IMG/VR virus record: IMGVR_UViG_3300037870_000068 | Span: 1 to 52,506 of that record | Reading direction: 5' to 3' (one strand) | Source of the DNA: a virus | Lineage: Duplodnaviria; Caudoviricetes | DNA: 52,506 nt | In this document: positions 8,383 to 18,020 of the stretch, piece after piece | How the letters are laid out: each line of letters starts with the position of its first letter | Numbering within the stretch: position 1 is the first letter of the stretch | Program-made: the position numbers and the translations under genes | The notes under the pieces: model-generated | What the model was told of the DNA's origin: nothing | The model's input: only the letters and a program-made list of their open reading frames with translations | Databases searched by the model: none

Positions 8383-10457
8383 ACATAACTACCTACAAAG
8401 GCTCCATATAATGTCGATCCTACTTTCCATATAACTAGAGTCGATGAATCTGTCAGAGTGGGTAATACATTTCCGACTGGTGTAACCCATGTTACAGACC
8501 ATGATAGTGAGTAAGTACTTGCACCTGTAACCATTAAAATAATTGATTGACCATCAACCATATCCGCAAACTCTATCGCACCCGCCGCAGCTACGGTGAG
8601 AGTTTGTACTCCACCATTTAATGGACTGATGTAAGTCGGTCCTGATCCCGCTTGCACAATCGTGTAAACAGTCTCTTTAATCGGTTCGACGGTTGAGAGT
8701 TTAACAGTTGAGAGTTCTACCGTAGATATTTTTCCCCCAACATCTAATTCTGATGTAGGGAAAGAAGTATTAATTCCTACCTTACCTTTAACTAATAATT
8801 GAGTGTCATCGTATGCAGTACCAATTCTAACAAAATCTCTTTGTATGGTTACAACGTCTTTAACATCCCTACCGACAATACTAGAACCGTTTTCGTCTGT
8901 TATTTTAGATCTAAAAACAGAAGAAGATGTTCCAGATTTTGGCAGACCATAAATTGTCTGAAGTCCTTGTAACTCACCTATAGATAAAGGTTTTTCATCT
9001 ACTGCGACAGTAGCACTCGGAAACATAATTGTTTCGGTATCATTTGTGTGCGCTAACCCGAGTGCATGACAAAGCTCATGTTTAAAAACGGTTTTAAATG
9101 AATATGCTGTGGTATTACCAGAGGGGTTCTGATTACCCTCAAAAAAATCAACCGCTGAATTAAATGCTATTTCGGATCCAGTGGGATCTAGATCCGCCGT
9201 ATTGGGACCTTCGTCCGATCCCCAACCCTTTCTTTTTCTATAGGTTAAATGATTGTCTGATGAGTCGGAATATCCTGGAAAAAATGCGTGAGCTAATGCA
9301 GTTGAATTAACAACGCTGAAATCACAACAATATATATTGATATGTGCTAAATCCGTATCATTGGCATCTGTTCTTCTTGAATCAGTATAATCTATTTCGT
9401 AGAAACTTAATCCGCTGATAGTATTCAATTGCTCAAAACAATCTCTAATATCTACAGTTGGATCGAATCCCACACCATTCGAAGTATCGGCAAAATCTAC
9501 AGTTTTTTCGGTGTTAGCTAACGATTCCCAATTGGATAGCAACACATTGTCTGGAACGATTGACCAAGTTAACTTTACACCTGTTCCCATTTCTTGAAGA
9601 CCCAATTTATTGCCATTGGGATCGAATCCACTTTTAATAGTGGCATGCTTGACGGGGTTGGACCCATATGAGTTAGTAAACCCGACTAAATTGGGTTGTG
9701 GGATTGCATGGTTTCCCTCATTATATTGTGCTGTCGGGAATGTAAAAAAGTATTGCAATCCGCTTGATGTAACAGGAACATTGGTGGCATTGCCTGCTAC
9801 ACCGACCTGTCCCTCTACGCCAGTAGTTACTTTGACTGTCGTATCTTCGCTTTCATCTAAAGATATTATAATACGATCTTGACCCGAATCCGCTGCTATT
9901 TCTTCTAGAAGTTGACCCCTATTAAGAAGTGCTGGATCTACCACTTCAAGGGATAAATGATCGGAAAAATTGGAGAGGGTTAAATCTGTTAATCCTGTGC
10001 CCGGTCCAATAAAGTTTGTAGAGGTTACTGTAGAATCTGTTAGTAATGGTCCACCGGTTAATTCTAAACTATTCCCAGAACCAGAATCTACTACTATATT
10101 TTGTTTCCCAATAAAAGTTTGTGCTTGTGTTAACAGAGCTGGAGAAATGGATAATTCGTTAATCCCTATAGAATTTGATGGTGGTATTGGGGTTACTATC
10201 GATTCTACACCGAAATATAATACTTCAATCGCAGATGTGGTTGGTGGAGCCTCTACAAATATTAAATCATCTCCGTTACTTGATATATTATAAGCGGTTG
10301 TGTGCTGTTTTACACCATCGATTGTTACTAATATTGATGCGTTACTAACAGCCGTAAATCCCATTGGGTAAGATGTAGTAGCACCATCTCCAGAAAAATA
10401 TTCGGATTGAAAATTATTTCCGCCTATTTTTCGTTGTGTTTTTCCTATGTATGCCAT
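8379..10457 (-). CDS. Tail-fibre-like protein carrying a matrixin (M10A) zinc-metalloprotease domain
   Basis: MAYIGK...FSGDG...IDGVKQ N-term; central LAHAFFPG, HELCHALGLAH, IMFP, LQGLQTIYG; KVGINTSFP fibre repeat; fibre C-terminal domain. Confidence 0.8.
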   Translation of the reverse strand: MAYIGKTQRKIGGNNFQSEYFSGDGATTSYPMGFTAVSNASILVTIDGVKQHTTAYNISSNGDDLIFVEAPPTTSAIEVLYFGVESIVTPIPPSNSIGINELSISPALLTQAQTFIGKQNIVVDSGSGNSLELTGGPLLTDSTVTSTNFIGPGTGLTDLTLSNFSDHLSLEVVDPALLNRGQLLEEIAADSGQDRIIISLDESEDTTVKVTTGVEGQVGVAGNATNVPVTSSGLQYFFTFPTAQYNEGNHAIPQPNLVGFTNSYGSNPVKHATIKSGFDPNGNKLGLQEMGTGVKLTWSIVPDNVLLSNWESLANTEKTVDFADTSNGVGFDPTVDIRDCFEQLNTISGLSFYEIDYTDSRRTDANDTDLAHINIYCCDFSVVNSTALAHAFFPGYSDSSDNHLTYRKRKGWGSDEGPNTADLDPTGSEIAFNSAVDFFEGNQNPSGNTTAYSFKTVFKHELCHALGLAHTNDTETIMFPSATVAVDEKPLSIGELQGLQTIYGLPKSGTSSSVFRSKITDENGSSIVGRDVKDVVTIQRDFVRIGTAYDDTQLLVKGKVGINTSFPTSELDVGGKISTVELSTVKLSTVEPIKETVYTIVQAGSGPTYISPLNGGVQTLTVAAAGAIEFADMVDGQSIILMVTGASTYSLSWSVTWVTPVGNVLPTLTDSSTLVIWKVGSTLYGAFVGSYV

Positions 10458-10467
10458 GTTCTCTCCG

Positions 10468-10686
10468 TTACTCTTCCATCGTTAGGCTGTTTTGGTTAAC
10501 AAGAAAAATAAAATCTTCTTGTTCAATTTGTTCCATTGCACTTGATATGTTATCTGGTATTAATTTTTCTGGTACTATAATATCTTCTGGATGGATTATA
10601 TTAACCGAACCACGTTTATTATTTACATCCGGAATTGAGTCCAACATATCGTCTGGTAATTCTAGATTGGTTATTAGATCTTGCAT
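10468..10686 (-). CDS. Small acidic hypothetical protein
   Basis: Fills the gap between co-oriented structural genes; no recognisable motif. Confidence 0.5.
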   Translation of the reverse strand: MQDLITNLELPDDMLDSIPDVNNKRGSVNIIHPEDIIVPEKLIPDNISSAMEQIEQEDFIFLVNQNSLTMEE

Positions 10687-10689
10687 GTG

Positions 10690-12915
10690 CTAGTCCGTTG
10701 TGATGTGATAAAATGTGGTACCGCCGCTCGACGAGTTCTGGAGCCAATAACGACCAATGTTTGAGGGGTGTGGTGGGGACGGTTTATAATAGTTAGCATA
10801 AGTATATTGGCCGTTACTATCAAAATAACTCACAGACTCCCCAAATTGTCCTAATGGATTTGTTAATGTTGTATTATTAAAATCCCCTGTCACAAAAGGT
10901 GAATTTGGCTCTGCTCCACTTATGTTAATAGGGGTCGCAACGGTTATCGTAGATCCATGCGGAGGATCAATACTTAAAACATACGGATCCCTAATTAATT
11001 TTAAATCGACTGTGTAATCATTAGGATTACCAGAAGTCGCAGAATTTGTTGTAGCTTTAATTCTCCATGTAAATTCAACTTCATCGACGAATCCCACAAT
11101 ACCAGTTCCCGTTACAGTAACAGCTTTTCCACCATAATTTTTATTAATACTAACTGTGAAATTGGGTGTGCCGGCACTATCGGTAGCCGGGGAATTCGGT
11201 TTTATAATATATTCTAGATTCACCACTAAATCTGCAGAACCTAAATAATGTTGGGTAACATTCGGGGGGTTTGGATTTATAACATTAAATGTAAAACTAT
11301 ACGGAACCAGATTTGATGCAGTTGAATTTAATGGTGTATGAACCTCAACAGAAGATTGTTCTATTGTGCAATGTTTCAATGCTGGCCAATTAACTGGTGG
11401 TGGTACATATGTCACCGAAGTATCTACTATCGTTACAGTATCAGATGCAACAATAGAACCTGCAGCAGATCCGACTCTTAAATTAAAAGTCATTGACTCA
11501 TTGCCCTCAGTCGAATAATCTTGATGCATTTTAATAAATACGGGGGCATTGCCCACATTATCTATAATTTGAAAGCTACCAGATACAACGCCGTTAACCA
11601 AAGAACCATCAGAATCCTCATGAATATCTGATGATGTGACCCCACCTAAACTCCAATAAAGAGTTGTATTATCTGAAACGTTTGTTGTTGATATCGTATA
11701 AGTTATATTTCCTGATTCGGTTATAGACCGAGATGCATCTACATCGCTTGATATATAATAAGCGGGTTCTGTGATTGGCATTACAGAACCAGATATATTA
11801 GGTGAACCCCAAGTTAAGTTCTTTGAAGTGGTAGAATGATAAACACTTTGTGGTAAAGTTCCCCATTCAAATGTGACACCATAATCGCTCGAATAAAGAT
11901 ACTTGTTTGTAGTTAGCCAAGTGGCATCGGAATATTTCCTCCCAGTCACAATAAACTTTCCATCATCAGATCCAATGACATTGTTAAACACTGAATGATT
12001 ATTAGAATTGGTACCAGAATTACCTATACCATTTAAATCATCAAATAATGTAGACCAAGTAACTCCGTCTAAACTTTTAGATATAAATCCGTTGTGATTG
12101 GGAGATGAATAAGCAGCACCGCAAGCTAAAAAGAATTGGGAATGTTTGTTATAAGTAATCCCATTTACATACGTTCCCCCGCTGCCAGAAAAAAATGAAT
12201 AATTGGTGGTGGGTAGTGTTGATCCTATTTCGGAATTACTGTAGTAATGAACATAGTGCAAACCAGATGTAAATACAAATTTTCCATCCCCGTAAGAGAT
12301 TTTCTGAGCATAATATGGTAATGTAAATGGTGTCCAAGTATTGCCATTATCATCAGAGTATGCACCAACTTTCGCACTTGTTCCTTGTCCGTTAATAGCC
12401 GTAACCCATCTTGAGTCATCTTCATTATATACTGGATCAATCCAAGTTCCTACTGCTGCAGGTAATACTCCTTCTTTAATGGTCCAACTCTGACCATCTG
12501 TTGAAATCGCTACATCTCCAGTCATTGAGATATCGTTTTCGGGTAACGATAGAAAGATCCCGTTATCATAAGATATACTTGAGAACCTTCTATTGGTATT
12601 AGCATCAGCATTTTTAAATGTTGAGTGATAAAAGTTCGCCCAAGCAGTTGAATTTTCCCCATGTGTTATCGGGTTTGGGAGTATTAGTCCGTAATTACTA
12701 GACGAATTAAATGAGGAGACAAATGTATCCCTACCATACGATATAGAATTTAATGACCCATGACCGGCCGCATTAGTGAGAAATGCATTAGATAAGTCAT
12801 AAGTAATACCACCTGCCTCATAAGGCTCGGTTGGAATAAACATCCAATCGTTAGCATTGGGGTACGAACTTAAAAGAAATCCAGATTTCTTCTGACTAGA
12901 ATCTCCAAAATCCAT
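10690..12915 (-). CDS. Putative adhesin with BNR/Asp-box beta-propeller and Ig/Calx-beta-like domain
   Basis: Asp-boxes STDGQSW, SDDNGNTW, SLDGVTW, SSDYGVTF; ITES..TYTISTTNV...LYW...D.STEGNE...LR.GS..G Calx-beta-like segment. Confidence 0.7.
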   Translation of the reverse strand: MDFGDSSQKKSGFLLSSYPNANDWMFIPTEPYEAGGITYDLSNAFLTNAAGHGSLNSISYGRDTFVSSFNSSSNYGLILPNPITHGENSTAWANFYHSTFKNADANTNRRFSSISYDNGIFLSLPENDISMTGDVAISTDGQSWTIKEGVLPAAVGTWIDPVYNEDDSRWVTAINGQGTSAKVGAYSDDNGNTWTPFTLPYYAQKISYGDGKFVFTSGLHYVHYYSNSEIGSTLPTTNYSFFSGSGGTYVNGITYNKHSQFFLACGAAYSSPNHNGFISKSLDGVTWSTLFDDLNGIGNSGTNSNNHSVFNNVIGSDDGKFIVTGRKYSDATWLTTNKYLYSSDYGVTFEWGTLPQSVYHSTTSKNLTWGSPNISGSVMPITEPAYYISSDVDASRSITESGNITYTISTTNVSDNTTLYWSLGGVTSSDIHEDSDGSLVNGVVSGSFQIIDNVGNAPVFIKMHQDYSTEGNESMTFNLRVGSAAGSIVASDTVTIVDTSVTYVPPPVNWPALKHCTIEQSSVEVHTPLNSTASNLVPYSFTFNVINPNPPNVTQHYLGSADLVVNLEYIIKPNSPATDSAGTPNFTVSINKNYGGKAVTVTGTGIVGFVDEVEFTWRIKATTNSATSGNPNDYTVDLKLIRDPYVLSIDPPHGSTITVATPINISGAEPNSPFVTGDFNNTTLTNPLGQFGESVSYFDSNGQYTYANYYKPSPPHPSNIGRYWLQNSSSGGTTFYHITTD

Positions 12916-12917
12916 GA

Positions 12918-13946
12918 CTATGACCGATAACTAGATAGTTGTCCAAGCACAGCAGAGTTCGTTTCTTCTGATCCATCTGCATGATCACCCCAATTAATAA
13001 TTTTGAGTTGAAGATAATCATAATTACTCGCAGTACCAATTGGAACATTTCCATTTAACCATTTAATAGGTACAATAGTTGAATTGGTGGCTGAGAGAAG
13101 CTCCACAAAAGATGGGACATATGGAGTGGATCCTTGATTAATTAATATTTTTATATCTGCAGTTCTATTTGGAAATTGATTCAAATTACCTATCACAATT
13201 GGCATATTTGTGCCAATTATGCTGGATAAAGACCATGTATCAGAGTCCATAAAATCAACATAGACATAATCAGTTATTGCAAAGGGAGCATCAAACCCAG
13301 ACCCACCTGGTATCGAGGTTTCTAATACAGTACCCAAGGTTCCAGCAGTATAACCATATCCCACACGATTGATCTTTACTGATGTTACAACCCCACCGGC
13401 GACTGTAATCTTAACTCTACCACCAGTTCCACCGGTTACATTTATATAATATATACCATCAGTATAACCCGATCCTGGAGTGATATTACTCGAATCAATA
13501 GCATCTATAGAATTAGAATTGCCACTTGCAAGAGCTCCATGATTGTCGTGCGATGTAGAATCATGTACAAAATTATTACAGGTTGATGACCATCGATTAT
13601 AGGAAGTTCCTATATTTGAAAACATATGGTTTGCATACAAGGTATAGTTAAACTGGATTCCTGATTGAACGCCACCATATGTTCTCTTCCATATAGACGT
13701 TGTTCCTATATTCACTTGGTCACATTGTACGACACTATCAGATCCTAAATCCAAATTGCCATTTTCATTAGTCTTCAATAATTTATCAGGACCGATACCA
13801 GTGTCTGCATCTGTGAATACACCATCTATTAGCCCACCTTCGCCTCTAATAACTAATTGATCTTTTTCGACACCTATTCCATTATTTAAAATATCTCTTA
13901 GATCTGGATCATTAAATGAATGGTTTTTTATTTTAGTTAATGGCAT
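12918..13946 (-). CDS. Tail-fibre-like structural protein
   Basis: MPLTKIKN start similar to 781..1617; GSGY beta-repeat; C-terminal IKWLNG.VP.G....DYL fibre-tip domain. Confidence 0.65.
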   Translation of the reverse strand: MPLTKIKNHSFNDPDLRDILNNGIGVEKDQLVIRGEGGLIDGVFTDADTGIGPDKLLKTNENGNLDLGSDSVVQCDQVNIGTTSIWKRTYGGVQSGIQFNYTLYANHMFSNIGTSYNRWSSTCNNFVHDSTSHDNHGALASGNSNSIDAIDSSNITPGSGYTDGIYYINVTGGTGGRVKITVAGGVVTSVKINRVGYGYTAGTLGTVLETSIPGGSGFDAPFAITDYVYVDFMDSDTWSLSSIIGTNMPIVIGNLNQFPNRTADIKILINQGSTPYVPSFVELLSATNSTIVPIKWLNGNVPIGTASNYDYLQLKIINWGDHADGSEETNSAVLGQLSSYRS

Positions 13947-13957
13947 AGGTTATTCCT

Positions 13958-14290
13958 CTATGTTATTTCTAGAATTGAACAAAATGCCTCAATGTCACCA
14001 TCACTCGACGCTTGCACGAAGAGTTTATCACCAGCCTCTAGATTAATAGGTTTGTCTAATATAAGAGTTGAGTTTTCTGGCACTGAAATTTGTTTCCCAA
14101 TGTGGTAGATGGCATTTGCGTTTGATGCATCATCTACTGTTATATCAACAGTAGATCCGGATACACCATCTACATTGGATAAGTATAGTGCATGTATAAC
14201 AGATTGTGTATCCGCTGGGCAGAGGTATAACTGTGCCGCTGTGTTTGCGACCAGTGCCGTTAAACCCGCATTTTTAAATGAATTTGCCAT
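13958..14290 (-). CDS. Small conserved virion structural protein
   Basis: MANSFKN...LY.CP....VIHAL..SNVDG...VP..STL.LDKPINLE.GD...SILEIT; strong GGAGG RBS. Confidence 0.65.
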   Translation of the reverse strand: MANSFKNAGLTALVANTAAQLYLCPADTQSVIHALYLSNVDGVSGSTVDITVDDASNANAIYHIGKQISVPENSTLILDKPINLEAGDKLFVQASSDGDIEAFCSILEIT

Positions 14291-14291
14291 A

Positions 14292-14462
14292 TTATCCTCC
14301 TAGTGCTATTGACATTGCAACAGCTGCTTCCGAAGCCTCGACTACTTCATCATTGAGATTAACGAAATTAGAATCAACTTCTACATTGGTTAGTGGATCA
14401 TCCTTTGGGATTGAGTTAGCAGGGACTGTAGTAGTTCCCTGTCTGAGATAAAGTTCAGTCAT
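14292..14462 (-). CDS. 56-aa structural micro-protein (not in ORF track)
   Basis: Translated by hand: MTELYLRQGTTTVPANSIPKDDPLTNVEVDSNFVNLNDEVVEASEAAVAMSIALGG. Has the PLT..EVD.NF..L baseplate-attachment motif and AMSIALG end; TAATG-coupled to the upstream gene. Confidence 0.75.
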   Translation of the reverse strand: MTELYLRQGTTTVPANSIPKDDPLTNVEVDSNFVNLNDEVVEASEAAVAMSIALGG

Positions 14463-14644
14463 TATGATTCCTTGTTCAATAATTGTGTTAACATATCTTT
14501 TATACTATTTATATCTAATTCTAATTTATTCATTCTGATTCTAATTTTCTTATCTTCTATATACTTATTGTAATCATTTTTATTTGAATTAACGATTAAT
14601 CCGAACTTATTTTTATCTAGGTTCGGATTCGATTCGATCTTCAT
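14462..14644 (-). CDS. Small conserved coiled-coil protein
   Basis: IVN.N...Y..Y...K...LE.DI..IK.ML.QLL; TAATG-coupled on both sides. Confidence 0.7.
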   Translation of the reverse strand: MKIESNPNLDKNKFGLIVNSNKNDYNKYIEDKKIRIRMNKLELDINSIKDMLTQLLNKES

Positions 14645-17600
14645 TATGCTACTGCCACAATTCTAAAATCTCTGAGTCTAGGAGTTTTGTTAGAATCCGC
14701 AGAATTAAAAACTATCTTAACCGAAATGATATCATAATCATCTACACCAGTTACAGTGGTATTACCCTCAAAAAATCCACCCTTATTATTAGATGATTTT
14801 GTTCCGATGTTATCAATTTTTGTATATTTTAAGGATTTGTGGCTTACTCCCTCAACACCAGAATTAGATGTTCTGTAATAAAAATCTATGTTAGTGTTAT
14901 AGGGTTGGTTATATGTAAAGAATAGCTTAAACCCCGTTGAAATATTAACAAATTGAAGTGGTCTTGAAACATACTTCGAAACTGATGTAGAACCCATTGG
15001 TGCTATTTCATCTAGATATCTAGTATTATATACTATGTATAGGGTTGTTCCCGTCATAGTAAATTCAGAATCTACTGTCACGGTAGTCTTATCATCAGAT
15101 ATATCTGTTATGATAAAGTTACCAAGATCTGTACCACTCGATGTGCCATCATATATATGAAGGTTCATTCCAATTTTGAATTTACCAAATTCAGTTGTAG
15201 TTGTTGAATTAGTAGTTGTTATAGACGAGAGCGTTGGTTGTGTCAATGCGGTTGATGTAAATGTCGATACATCTAGATCCGTACTGATATCGTCAACATC
15301 TGGTGAATTAATCCTATTTGTAGAACATAGTGCATCAATACCAGCAATGTTAATTATTGGTGATACTCTTGCATCTTCGGTTGATAACTTTGCAGTAAAT
15401 TCTAACGAACTTGCCCCTTGTGCAGTTTCCCCGACAGGATTAAGAACTGAGATAGTAGATGGAGTAGATTTATTGAATCTATTTACTAATTTTGTAGGTG
15501 ATGCATCACTGTGGTGCTTGTACTCGTATTCGAGATTAGTTCCAGGTATAATTTTATCTTTGAATGCTGGTTTTATAACATCAATTTTAATATTCTTTGT
15601 TATTTTAAGACCAAATTTCTGTATTAGATATTCCGAACTTCCAGCAAGTACACCAGGATCTATGACAAAGAAATCATTCTCTACATTAGATACAATATGT
15701 GTAGCATTAATATCTGTAGCATCAATACCCTGAACATAATTATTAACCAATGTCCAAAACGCCGTATCTGGTGGTTCATTAACTGATGCAGCATTAGCAA
15801 TACAAATATAAGCTGATCCGTTATGCAATACCACATCACCAACTACATAAGAGATTGCAGTCCATTCCCCTTTGAATGCTGGGTCGACAGCATAAGTACC
15901 AGCTTCAAGACCAGAAATTTCAATGGAATCCCCATTATTAAGTCCGTTATTTGGTAATGATATTCTAATTAATGATGAACCAGTTTTAGTTCTACCAAAT
16001 ACATGAGAAACATCACTCTCTGGAATATCATCATTAACAAGTCCGAAAGTACCGACACCGGTATCAAACTCAGCTCTGTATAGTTTGAATGTTAGATCTT
16101 CATATTGATCGGTTGTCCAAACGGATGCACTCTGAGATTTGAATAAAGATCCAAGGAGAGGTTGTGTTTGTATAGAACCTCCACCGCTTAAATCATCTTC
16201 ACCCATATATGATGTCCATACAACATATTTTTCTGAATCCGATTTAATATATATACCATATTCTTTACCACCCTCGAGGTAAACCGGAGCACGAAACTTT
16301 ATATTAGTTGGGGTAGGATTCCCATACGGTCTAGAATCTATTGTAGTTGTATTCTCTGTATCTACCTGAACATCCTCAGCATCAACGTAAACTTCTGATA
16401 ATGGGAATGAATTGGGTCCGGGATATCCATTAATCGTTTCTACTATTGAAACGTATATAGGAATATTAGATGTATCTTTTTGTCCGAAGTATAAGTCCAC
16501 AGCTGTTACAAATATACCCGTCTCATCTTCAACGAAAAATGTTTGACACAGAGGATCTACTGGACATACCCATTGAGCTGTTGCGGAAGTTACACCAGTT
16601 GCAACTGGTTCTCCCTCTTTAGTGACAACTTTGTCGTCACCTCGAACTTGTATTGTTTTTGATTCTGTTGAATATGTAGTGACTGGATATTCAACCCAAT
16701 TTCTAATGCTGGTGATTTTAGGTTGGGTGGACATCAATGTGCCAGTTGAAGTAAAATCAACAACGGCAAAGGATTCTGAAAATAGGTCAGATATACCAGA
16801 TGTTGTAAAGATTATTTCTTTGTCGCCGACAATTAGTTTTTTATTTCCCTCGTTAGGAATTGTTAATAATCCATAAAGATTACCGTAGGCAGATGATTTT
16901 GCTGTAGTAGGTGTGTTTACAGTAGTTATCGTTGCAGTTGCAGTTGGTGTAGAAGATGAATCCATCGATCCCGTAATATCTTCAGATGAGACGAAAGTAC
17001 CTTTAACATTTGATACAAATAGTATAATGTCTGACCCTATAGTTTTCTCTATACCCAATAGAACAGCTGTTGTAGTCTCGGTAACACCATCTACAACCCT
17101 GTCCTGTTTTATAACATCCCCAACATTTAATGCTGTTACCTTATTTCCATCAACTTTTCGAATATCAGCATCCTCTGATCCAGCAACACTCTTTGCGTCA
17201 AATGTTCCAGATGTTACAGATACAGTTAATTCGGTTGCTGGAGTAAGGTGTCCCGATAAATTAATTTTATCAACAAATACATTAAAATCCGAATCTCTTT
17301 TTAATCCCGTTACTACATACTTTAGGGTTGCCGCCCTCATATACGGAATTAAACTTGATGTTATTTTTGATGTTTTTTCTTCAGAATATTCAGCTCTCGT
17401 TTCATATGTAGTATGTGCGACTTGATATGAAACATTTTGTGTTACATATGTTGCAACTGTTTCTGTAACAGAAGGACCAGTTCCCCATATAACATTTTCG
17501 GGTGGAACTCCGGATATATCAAAATTTTCGTCCACCGGATGTGTCCACGTTGAATTATTGATTACGGGATAAGTTAATGTCGATCCAGACGGGTCATGCG

Positions 17601-18003
17601 GTGCTGCAATAGCTTCGGTGCCAAATTCGACATTTGTTGATACTGCATATTCCGTTCCATTTGCAGTATTATATGCATCTGTAAACGATTGTGTAAATTT
17701 CGCGGCATGTGATAATATTTCATTCCCTTGTTGTTCCTCATTCATTATACCGTACACTGCCACACTCAGACCATTTTCCTTCTGCGCGGCTTCATTGTCA
17801 AGTGAATGATGATTTGCCATTCCAATAATACCCATAACAACGGGGTCATTTGATGCTATACCCGCTCGCAAGGTCTCCCATACGATAGGAACAGCAGTGT
17901 CCGGATTCGCGGCATTATATTCTTCTGCAGCTTGAACTAATGCAGCAGTTGATTCTTCTGCAGTAACTTCATATTGTAATTTTGATTCTACGTTAGCGAC
18001 CAT
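14644..18003 (-). CDS. Large baseplate/virion structural protein, C-terminal half of a DUF4815/VrlC-like protein
   Basis: IPYMR, DPLCQTFFV...GIFVTAVDLYF..KD, GSLFKSQ.ASVWT.DQ.EDL.F.LYRA.F, SKYVSR, ends PRLRDFRIVAVA. Confidence 0.8.
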   Translation of the reverse strand: MVANVESKLQYEVTAEESTAALVQAAEEYNAANPDTAVPIVWETLRAGIASNDPVVMGIIGMANHHSLDNEAAQKENGLSVAVYGIMNEEQQGNEILSHAAKFTQSFTDAYNTANGTEYAVSTNVEFGTEAIAAPHDPSGSTLTYPVINNSTWTHPVDENFDISGVPPENVIWGTGPSVTETVATYVTQNVSYQVAHTTYETRAEYSEEKTSKITSSLIPYMRAATLKYVVTGLKRDSDFNVFVDKINLSGHLTPATELTVSVTSGTFDAKSVAGSEDADIRKVDGNKVTALNVGDVIKQDRVVDGVTETTTAVLLGIEKTIGSDIILFVSNVKGTFVSSEDITGSMDSSSTPTATATITTVNTPTTAKSSAYGNLYGLLTIPNEGNKKLIVGDKEIIFTTSGISDLFSESFAVVDFTSTGTLMSTQPKITSIRNWVEYPVTTYSTESKTIQVRGDDKVVTKEGEPVATGVTSATAQWVCPVDPLCQTFFVEDETGIFVTAVDLYFGQKDTSNIPIYVSIVETINGYPGPNSFPLSEVYVDAEDVQVDTENTTTIDSRPYGNPTPTNIKFRAPVYLEGGKEYGIYIKSDSEKYVVWTSYMGEDDLSGGGSIQTQPLLGSLFKSQSASVWTTDQYEDLTFKLYRAEFDTGVGTFGLVNDDIPESDVSHVFGRTKTGSSLIRISLPNNGLNNGDSIEISGLEAGTYAVDPAFKGEWTAISYVVGDVVLHNGSAYICIANAASVNEPPDTAFWTLVNNYVQGIDATDINATHIVSNVENDFFVIDPGVLAGSSEYLIQKFGLKITKNIKIDVIKPAFKDKIIPGTNLEYEYKHHSDASPTKLVNRFNKSTPSTISVLNPVGETAQGASSLEFTAKLSTEDARVSPIINIAGIDALCSTNRINSPDVDDISTDLDVSTFTSTALTQPTLSSITTTNSTTTTEFGKFKIGMNLHIYDGTSSGTDLGNFIITDISDDKTTVTVDSEFTMTGTTLYIVYNTRYLDEIAPMGSTSVSKYVSRPLQFVNISTGFKLFFTYNQPYNTNIDFYYRTSNSGVEGVSHKSLKYTKIDNIGTKSSNNKGGFFEGNTTVTGVDDYDIISVKIVFNSADSNKTPRLRDFRIVAVA

Positions 18004-18020
18004 TGATATTCTCGTTTAAT

